Below are positions 57,344 through 64,000 of a DNA stretch of 64,000 nt, piece after piece. The stretch covers positions 62,001 to 126,000 of the IMG/VR virus record IMGVR_UViG_3300027996_002186; one strand, given 5' to 3'. Made by a program: the position numbers and the translations under genes. Below the pieces are notes generated by a model that ran no database searches, was not told where the DNA came from, and saw only the letters and a program-made list of their open reading frames with translations. The first letter of the stretch is position 1; every line of letters starts with the position of its first letter.

Positions 57344-57757
57344 ATGAAGTTAGATATTAAGTCAATTCTCATATTAATACTTCTAGGGTTTACACTTATA
57401 TTTGGGTATAAGTGGTACTTTAGTACTGATGGTGAGATTGGTGAAAAATTAGACCAATTACAGGAAAGGTATGATGAGATTGAATTAAAGAAACAAGAAT
57501 CTAATAAAAGGTTAGAAGATAATTCCTTTATTATAGATTCTTTGATGTTAGTTGATAGTCTAAATGGTGAAAAAATTGCATTACTAGAATTTAATATTAG
57601 AGAAGCTGAGGATAAAGCTACCGAAAGCGCTGATAACCTTAGTAGGATAAAAAGAGAATTAGCGGATACTAGAAAGAAGATAGAAGAATTAAAGAAAAAT
57701 CCACCAAATAGAACAGGAGACGATTTACTTAATTCTATAAAAAATAAAACGAAATAA
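57344..57757 (+). CDS. Membrane-anchored coiled-coil protein (spanin-like candidate)
   Basis: N-terminal transmembrane helix followed by coiled coil. Confidence 0.4.
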   Translation: MKLDIKSILILILLGFTLIFGYKWYFSTDGEIGEKLDQLQERYDEIELKKQESNKRLEDNSFIIDSLMLVDSLNGEKIALLEFNIREAEDKATESADNLSRIKRELADTRKKIEELKKNPPNRTGDDLLNSIKNKTK

Positions 57758-58257
57758 TGAAAAGTTTATTAACATTGTTGGTTGGGTTATTAATTTCTAT
57801 TAATGTACTTTCACAAGAAATAGAATATCCTAGATATGAATTAGATTCTTTGGGTCAAAGTGTTGTTGTTATGACAATAGAACAAGCTCAAAAGCTTGAT
57901 AATAATTCTGATTTATTACAACTATTTGAGCAGTTAAATGTCCAGATTGGTAGTTATGATTCGGTTTGTGTTAAGGCGGTTAATGATAAGAATATTTTGA
58001 TATCAGAACAAAAAGTTTTAATAGAACAATTAAACACTAGTATTGATACTAAGGACACCACAATCGAAACTTTACAAAAACAAGTAACTGAGTATCAGTT
58101 AAGGGAGGTTATGTTTAATGATCAATTGATAAATCTAAAGGATCAGATAGATTTGAAAGATAAACAGATACGTGAGATGAAAACTAAGATGATAATAGGA
58201 GGAGGTCTCGGAGGTCTCGCTATTGTTGGTTTAATAATATCTATATTATTACCATAA
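57757..58257 (+). CDS. Exported coiled-coil protein with C-terminal TM (spanin-like candidate)
   Basis: Signal peptide, coiled coil, C-terminal GGGLGGLAIVGLII; TAATG coupling to the previous gene. Confidence 0.4.
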   Translation: MKSLLTLLVGLLISINVLSQEIEYPRYELDSLGQSVVVMTIEQAQKLDNNSDLLQLFEQLNVQIGSYDSVCVKAVNDKNILISEQKVLIEQLNTSIDTKDTTIETLQKQVTEYQLREVMFNDQLINLKDQIDLKDKQIREMKTKMIIGGGLGGLAIVGLIISILLP

Positions 58258-58319
58258 TTAAGTTGTAAAAAACGGCTTTTAATACTTAATATATAACTTA
58301 TAAAAAAATTCTATTAAAT

Positions 58320-58913
58320 ATGAAGCATATTAGAACGTATGAAAAATATCGTATTGTAAAGAACAGATCTGAAATTATCAAAGAAGCTGTTCTACAAGTT
58401 AATGATATTTATAAAGTAAAGACAATGATTGATATTCCTCAATCTTTGATTAACTCTTATGTTAAGAAAGTTAAAGAAACTACTGGTAAGAACCTAAGAC
58501 AATTTTTTGGTGATGTTGACATCGCTGAGGAAATTGTTAAATATATTAATATGAACAATCTTGATATAGAGAAGATTCCAGGTGGAGCTTTGATGGGTGG
58601 TCAAGAAGAAACACAAGTTCAGCAAGCTCAACCAGAAGCACAACCACAAGCTCAAATGCAACCTCAGGTTCAACCAGAAGCACAACAAACACAACCACAA
58701 GGTGAGTTTGAAGAGCCACAAGCAGATGCTCAAGTACAGGCTCAAGATGGTCAAGTACAAGTTCAAGCAGATGGTCAAACACAAGTACAAGATGGTCAAG
58801 TACAGGCTCAAGATGGTCAAGTACAGGCTCAAGATGGTCAAACACAAGGTCAAGTACAAGGTCAAGCACAAGACGAAGATGAAGAAGAGGACGAAGAAGA
58901 ACTTCCACTTTAA
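58320..58913 (+). CDS. Protein with a Gln-rich repeat tail, putative head/internal protein
   Basis: MKHIRTYEKY tag, QVQAQDG repeats, acidic end. Confidence 0.55.
   Translation: MKHIRTYEKYRIVKNRSEIIKEAVLQVNDIYKVKTMIDIPQSLINSYVKKVKETTGKNLRQFFGDVDIAEEIVKYINMNNLDIEKIPGGALMGGQEETQVQQAQPEAQPQAQMQPQVQPEAQQTQPQGEFEEPQADAQVQAQDGQVQVQADGQTQVQDGQVQAQDGQVQAQDGQTQGQVQGQAQDEDEEEDEEELPL
58725..58870 (+). repeat. Imperfect 21-bp tandem repeats (QVQAQDG)
   Basis: caagtacaggctcaagatggt occurs three times, with degenerate copies between. Confidence 0.8.
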
Positions 58914-58936
58914 TTTATAGAAAATATTAAAAAATG

Positions 58937-58968
58937 AAACCCATCAAATAAACTTTGATGGGTTTTTT
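58937..58968 (+). terminator. Rho-independent terminator
   Basis: AAACCCATCAAA-taaac-TTTGATGGG-T6. Confidence 0.8.
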
Positions 58969-58986
58969 ATTTAATATATACTTACA

Positions 58987-59601
58987 ATGAGATACCTAAA
59001 GGCATATGAGAATTATAATACTGATACAACACTTATAATTGTTGATGTTCAAAAATCATTTAAGAAATTCTTTTCTGAGATGTACATAAATAAATTAAAA
59101 AAGTATTGTAATGAATTTGTCAATGTTTATCAAATCTGGGATAACCATACAGATGGTAAAATTGTTGATAAAGACTACTTATATGATAAAAATCCTGAAA
59201 TTCCAATACATGATGATTTATACCATTTTCCTAACCAAAGTGAGTTAATCGAAAAGAGATATAATTATGATGTAGATGCTGATTTTTATAAAAAAATTCT
59301 AGATAAGGAAGTTTATAAAGAGATTAGTGATAAAGAGGATAATAAACAATTAAAAAAAGGTGACTTTTTCCGAACAAAAGAGGGAACTATTATAGTTTAT
59401 ATTGGTAATAATCATAAATGGTTCCAAGTTCCTATTAAATTATATAAACATCTTGTTGAATTAAGGGGTAAGAGTGTTATTATTGTTGGTGGTTCTGATT
59501 CTGAATGTTTGGAGGATATTATTACATCTGCTGAAAGTCTTGGTGTTAATATTAAAAGAGATTATAAGTATATCTACTCAGCAAATCATTGTCCTATCTA
59601 A
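58987..59601 (+). CDS. Isochorismatase/nicotinamidase-fold cysteine hydrolase
   Basis: TLIIVDVQ (catalytic Asp), WDNH, IIVGGSDSECL (catalytic Cys position); tag MRYLKAYENY. Confidence 0.65.
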   Translation: MRYLKAYENYNTDTTLIIVDVQKSFKKFFSEMYINKLKKYCNEFVNVYQIWDNHTDGKIVDKDYLYDKNPEIPIHDDLYHFPNQSELIEKRYNYDVDADFYKKILDKEVYKEISDKEDNKQLKKGDFFRTKEGTIIVYIGNNHKWFQVPIKLYKHLVELRGKSVIIVGGSDSECLEDIITSAESLGVNIKRDYKYIYSANHCPI

Positions 59602-59975
59602 ATTACTGAAGCATAAACCTCATAGTCTTTGAGATTGAATGTTATAACCATATACTCTTGGTGTCTATCTGGATCTTCGAAAAACTCAACTGTTAGCCCA
59701 TAGTCTATACCATCTATTTCCTCTATATAATCTGATATTTGTGCTCTAATATCTCCTTCGATAGCTTCTGCTGATAATCTTGTTTCATATAATAGAGCTG
59801 GTAAATCTGCTCCGAAGTTTGGATCACCTAATAAATCACCTTTATTAGTGAAAATGACCATTTCGTATTTTTGTACGATCACCCTAATCACATCATCCTC
59901 AATCATTTCTTTATCGGTGAATCTTGGGTGACCAGGGTAACCTATGTAGAAGTCTATAAAATTAATATCTGCCAT
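59598..59975 (-). CDS. Baseplate wedge protein (gp25-like)
   Basis: IFTNKGDLLGDPNFGADLPALLYE. Confidence 0.75.
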   Translation of the reverse strand: MADINFIDFYIGYPGHPRFTDKEMIEDDVIRVIVQKYEMVIFTNKGDLLGDPNFGADLPALLYETRLSAEAIEGDIRAQISDYIEEIDGIDYGLTVEFFEDPDRHQEYMVITFNLKDYEVYASVI

Positions 59976-60007
59976 GTGTTTATATATTAATTTTTATATA
60001 TACTCAT

Positions 60008-60577
60008 ATGAAATATCTGAAATTTTTTGAATCTTATAGAGGAACTGTATCTGTTAATAGAGATATTTTTATAAAGGTTTTATCTGATTATAGTAGTATA
60101 TATGATGATGGTTTGGTTACACAATTAGAGGAATTGGGATTTGAGAGTAGTGATGTAATTGCTGATATGATAGAAGATTCATTGAATAATGGTGATCGTA
60201 TAAGTTTAGAGGCTATAACACTTTTAGTTGATGAGATATCAAGAGGTAATTCTGAGAGGAGCGCAAGTAAGTTACAGGATATTTATAATGAATGTGAATA
60301 TCATTTAAATAATAGTACTGTTGATGTTATTGATAACTTGAAAGATATATTCTCTGAATATGTTGATGATAATAAAGCAATGATATATAAAACTGGTGAT
60401 AAATCTGACAACCGATGTGTCGTTTTACTAAAACAGGTTGATGTTTTGTTAAATATCGATTTCGATGAAGTATTAAATAGGGTTAAAGAATTTGTAAACT
60501 TAAAACATATGGAATATGTTGGTAGTAAAGACCGAATTAAATTTGAGTTTTATGAAAGATATCCTGATGAAGATTAG
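60008..60577 (+). CDS. Hypothetical protein
   Basis: MKYLKFFESY tag. Confidence 0.55.
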   Translation: MKYLKFFESYRGTVSVNRDIFIKVLSDYSSIYDDGLVTQLEELGFESSDVIADMIEDSLNNGDRISLEAITLLVDEISRGNSERSASKLQDIYNECEYHLNNSTVDVIDNLKDIFSEYVDDNKAMIYKTGDKSDNRCVVLLKQVDVLLNIDFDEVLNRVKEFVNLKHMEYVGSKDRIKFEFYERYPDED

Positions 60578-61533
60578 TTCAATATATCTCTTAACTTACC
60601 AATTATAGTCATCCCTAAAACAATAGGATCTGTGTTAGTCTCTAATTTTGACGAATAATCTGATATTATATAATTACACTCGAATAACTTATCAACATTT
60701 TTACCTTGTTCCATAGACCATTTTATAAATGGTGTTCCTAATACTTTAATCATACCATCTATTTTCTCAGGACCGAACATATTCATTAAGAAATGATAGA
60801 TTTTTTCGTAATCCATTGATGTGTCATATATAGTCTTGTATAAATCTAACCTAACCTTATTAGAAACATTAGATGATGATGTCGATTCTCCAGTTTTTAT
60901 GTGTGTTTCAAGATCAACCATTATTTCTCTGAAATCTGGGAACTTCTTATTGATAATAGTAACTAAACTTTCCTTTGATATTTCTTCTTCTTCTGTTGGT
61001 AATACAGTATTATTAATTCTCTTGTATATTGCTTGTTTTAGAAACTTTTCTTCTTCTAAATTCTCACAATCGAAGTTTAATCTAGGTATTCTGGATTTAA
61101 TACCACCATCTATCTTATTTAAGTGATTGGTTGTTATTATAAACCTAACATTTTTACTATACTTTTCTATAAATGCTTTAAACCCATCTTGAAACTGAGC
61201 GGATGTTCTTTCAAACTCATCAAAAAATATATATTTATAATCTGATTCTGTTTCCATCATAGGTGAAAACTTACAAAAATCATCAATTTCATTTCTAAGT
61301 AAATCAATTGATGTCTCGATAGAACTATTTATTTCTAGGAATGGTTTATCCTTGGTGTATTTACCAATGAGTATTCTAGCTAAGCTGGTTTTGCCAGTTC
61401 CATAATTTCCATGAAAAATATAATTTCCATCAATTCCGTTTTCAAAATGCTTTCTGATTCTAGGTAATAGAATCACATCATCCATAGTCTTTGGACGCCA
61501 TCTTTCCCATAATAATAATTTTTTTACGCTCAT
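60574..61533 (-). CDS. Clamp loader AAA+ subunit (gp44/RFC-like)
   Basis: WERWRPKT, GNYGTGKTS, FFDEFE, RFIITTN, SR, FPDFR. Confidence 0.9.
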   Translation of the reverse strand: MSVKKLLLWERWRPKTMDDVILLPRIRKHFENGIDGNYIFHGNYGTGKTSLARILIGKYTKDKPFLEINSSIETSIDLLRNEIDDFCKFSPMMETESDYKYIFFDEFERTSAQFQDGFKAFIEKYSKNVRFIITTNHLNKIDGGIKSRIPRLNFDCENLEEEKFLKQAIYKRINNTVLPTEEEEISKESLVTIINKKFPDFREIMVDLETHIKTGESTSSSNVSNKVRLDLYKTIYDTSMDYEKIYHFLMNMFGPEKIDGMIKVLGTPFIKWSMEQGKNVDKLFECNYIISDYSSKLETNTDPIVLGMTIIGKLRDILN

Positions 61534-61595
61534 AACATGTATATTGATATTTTGTGATAAGTTTTGGAGAAGATTTAGTTTTTATATATACATCT

Positions 61596-62639
61596 ATGAT
61601 AGGTGAAAGATTTAATATGGAGGATGTTTTCTTCCGAGATTTAACAGTTTGTGTTCTTGATACCTTAGAAGGTCAAGTTAATTGGGTTAATAGATTTTCT
61701 TCTGGGGATGTTTATGTAAAAGTACCTTTTTATTACTCATTGACGGGTGATGAGAGGTTTTTATTGGATACATTTCAGGATGATGTGGTTTCTGAAAATA
61801 GATTTGTTGAATTAAACACCGATATTATACCAAGGGGTCACATAACAATGACTGGATTTAATATTAATTCTGATGAATTCTCCAATCCTAATGTTTGGTT
61901 GAGAATGGTTGTCGAGAATGAGGTTGAGATAAGAAAGATTTTAGCTAAAGTTAGAGCAGTTCCTATTACTGTTAGTTATGATTTGGAAATATTACTTTCT
62001 AGTGAAGTAGATACGTTCAAGTGTAGTCAGGCAATAATGGATACTTTATGGTTATATAAATTTATGTATTTTGAGCATAACTTTATGAATATAGATGCTG
62101 TTATATTAATGCCAGATGGTAATTCAATAGAAATGGCACGTGAAAAAAATATGTCTTCTGATAATAATATTAAGATGAAGGTCTCATTTGAGGTACAAAC
62201 ATATTATCCAGCTTTTAGAAAAGATAGATATAATGGTGTGGGTTATCCTAGGAATTATGGTGATGGTATGACTGATTTAAATGGTCATACAATAGTAGAT
62301 GGGTTTTCGGAGGGATTTGGTACTGATAACCCATCGAATTCTCCTGGACCGTTCGCGCCCGGAGGTGGTACTAATAACGTACCGAATTCTCCTTATGATT
62401 ATATTGGTGGTCTAGATCCTAATATTAATACTGGTACTACACCATATGGTGCTACTGGTAATTATACATACATTCAAAATCCTAATGGTTCCGGTGATCC
62501 TGATTATTATATCACACCTAAAAGAACTAGATGGTTTAATAATATACTAAGAGCTAGACAAAAATCTAGTATACCAATAAATAACCCAAATTCACAAGAT
62601 CCTAATAATGGATCATCAGGAAATCCTTACACTCCGTAA
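61596..62639 (+). CDS. Tail completion / sheath stabiliser (gp15-like) with a low-complexity C-terminal tail
   Basis: VPFYY, IIPRG, AVPITVSYDLEI, FEVQTYYP; likely start ATG 61596. Confidence 0.55.
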   Translation: MIGERFNMEDVFFRDLTVCVLDTLEGQVNWVNRFSSGDVYVKVPFYYSLTGDERFLLDTFQDDVVSENRFVELNTDIIPRGHITMTGFNINSDEFSNPNVWLRMVVENEVEIRKILAKVRAVPITVSYDLEILLSSEVDTFKCSQAIMDTLWLYKFMYFEHNFMNIDAVILMPDGNSIEMAREKNMSSDNNIKMKVSFEVQTYYPAFRKDRYNGVGYPRNYGDGMTDLNGHTIVDGFSEGFGTDNPSNSPGPFAPGGGTNNVPNSPYDYIGGLDPNINTGTTPYGATGNYTYIQNPNGSGDPDYYITPKRTRWFNNILRARQKSSIPINNPNSQDPNNGSSGNPYTP

Positions 62640-62740
62640 ATATTTTACGATCTGTTAAAGGAATATATAAAAATGGTAAAAAATGACTTTTTACTATTAA
62701 TATATAATAATAAGTAGAAAAAAAAATAATATTTTAAAGT

Positions 62741-64000
62741 ATGAAGAATCTTAAACTCGAGTTGTTTAACTTCAAGAAAAATCTTTCACTTGATCAAGAA
62801 GACGTTGCACTTATTGTAGAGGGGCATATGAATGCTTGTAATGAGCATGCCGAGAAAGCAATAATTAATTCTCTTAATGAGAAATTAAGATCTTTCACGT
62901 ATGATAGCGCTGTGAAGGGTCTATTGGAGAGTTTAAACGATGATATGTCAAATCACGAACTAATATATGAATTAAAAAGTTTATATAATGTTCTTAATAC
63001 CCAAAACCAAGGAGAGCTTTATAGACAACCAATTAATGTTCTTTTACAAACAATCAATTTAGAATCTGATGAAGATAGAATGTCTAAGGTTTTGAATGAA
63101 TTAGCTATTTATGACTGGGTTCCAGAAATTAAAGTATTTGTTCATAACTTAACAAAGTCTCCGGAGAAAAGAAATAACCTATTGAGTGGTGGTTCTGGTG
63201 AGTCAGTATTCACTATTGTTGAATCTGTTGAAGATGGTCACATCGCTTTAATTAAAGATTCTTGGTTCTTACTTACAGAAAATGTTATTGAAAAAACACT
63301 TTTAGAAAACCATGTTAAAAATGAAGAAGACTTAAAAAGTCTTAGAATGATTGAATCAGCTATGAAATATGCTACTATCAGTGAAGATAGAGTTAATTTC
63401 AGAATATCTGAATATCTAACAATTGGTCTTTCTGTTAGTAAAAAAGGTGGTATCTTTATTAATGAAGATGAATTAAATGAAGAAACTACATTAGAAAGTC
63501 TTTTCTCATCTCCAATTGTTCCTATTGTTAACAAAAACTTTTACCCTATTTTACTTGAGGTATCTCATAATATGGATAAATTTGTTGAATTGGATGTTGT
63601 TAAAAAGATTAATAACTTAATCAACCCTTATTTAGAGTGTTTTGCATTCAATTATAAAAACACTACTTTCTTATATAGATGTGATGAGAGATATGGTAAT
63701 TCATTCTTTAAGTATGAATCAGCTATCGAACTTGTTAATGAAGTAAGAAATGAACTTAATTATGATTTGACATATTTTTATGAAAATAAATTAGATGGTG
63801 AGTTAATCATTAAGAGAAAGCTTGAAGATAAAGAAAGAGAAATCACTCTTAAATTAGAGGATGTCAATTTCAATATTGAAAAGGTTAAAGGTTCTATACA
63901 AATGATTGGTGAATCGGAAGTTTTATCAACAGCTCTTAATAACCTAGAGAAAAGAAAAGTAAATCTTGATGGTGAATTATTGGGTATTAAAGAAGTACAA
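62741..64000 (+). CDS. Large hypothetical protein (partial, runs off the right edge)
   Basis: Not in the ORF track. ATG at 62741 (MKNLKLELFNFKK...), appears open to the window end; TAATATATA at 62698. Confidence 0.7.
   Translation, partial: MKNLKLELFNFKKNLSLDQEDVALIVEGHMNACNEHAEKAIINSLNEKLRSFTYDSAVKGLLESLNDDMSNHELIYELKSLYNVLNTQNQGELYRQPINVLLQTINLESDEDRMSKVLNELAIYDWVPEIKVFVHNLTKSPEKRNNLLSGGSGESVFTIVESVEDGHIALIKDSWFLLTENVIEKTLLENHVKNEEDLKSLRMIESAMKYATISEDRVNFRISEYLTIGLSVSKKGGIFINEDELNEETTLESLFSSPIVPIVNKNFYPILLEVSHNMDKFVELDVVKKINNLINPYLECFAFNYKNTTFLYRCDERYGNSFFKYESAIELVNEVRNELNYDLTYFYENKLDGELIIKRKLEDKEREITLKLEDVNFNIEKVKGSIQMIGESEVLSTALNNLEKRKVNLDGELLGIKEVQ

Noticed and set aside
58494-58920. 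Alternative-frame and antisense ORFs over the Gln-rich repeat
   Set aside because: Shadow ORFs produced by the tandem repeat. The same applies to the antisense ORFs inside the sheath, fibre, UvsW and other long genes.
1-64000. Stop-codon reassignment (TAG or TGA), as seen in some large phages
   Set aside because: Conserved genes are full length in the standard code, and some end at TAG (uvsW) or TGA (primase) at plausible positions.
1-64000. tRNA, rRNA or riboswitch (e.g. TPP upstream of the TonB receptor)
   Set aside because: No cloverleaf or conserved RNA motif was recognised, and only 16 nt separate the receptor start from the upstream ORF. A covariance-model scan would be needed to exclude them fully.

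Overview
A 64-kb, very AT-rich, densely coding segment of a large T4-like (jumbo-type) myophage genome that reads in the standard genetic code. The host is probably Bacteroidota, judged from TTTG/TTAG-N20-TATATTTG promoters, the general lack of Shine-Dalgarno sites and a Bacteroidota-type TonB receptor. Replication, recombination and morphogenesis genes are interspersed. They include UvsW, primase, the C-terminal half of a split family-B DNA polymerase, clamp, clamp loader, UvsY, gp47, large terminase, tail sheath and tube, baseplate proteins, tail lysozyme and a tail-fibre cluster. Accessory genes include ClpP, ClpS, a radical SAM enzyme, a WYL protein, two methyltransferases, a nucleotidyltransferase and HAD hydrolases. 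Top observation: the polymerase gene is interrupted inside catalytic motif B by a 40-nt non-coding gap (Leu take-off codon, stop codon, GC hairpin, Leu landing codon), with a 12-bp 5' stem upstream. Skipping the gap restores QLALKLVLNGSYG exactly. This resembles T4 gene 60-type programmed ribosomal bypassing, and it lies beside decayed homing-endonuclease remnants. Other highlights: a phage-encoded TonB receptor-PnuC-NadR operon (candidate NAD+ import and rebuilding pathway), a capsid-targeting-like N-terminal tag on about 18 unrelated proteins including several enzymes, and a recurrent TAATATATA late-promoter motif. All calls come from motif recognition by eye; no database searches were run.
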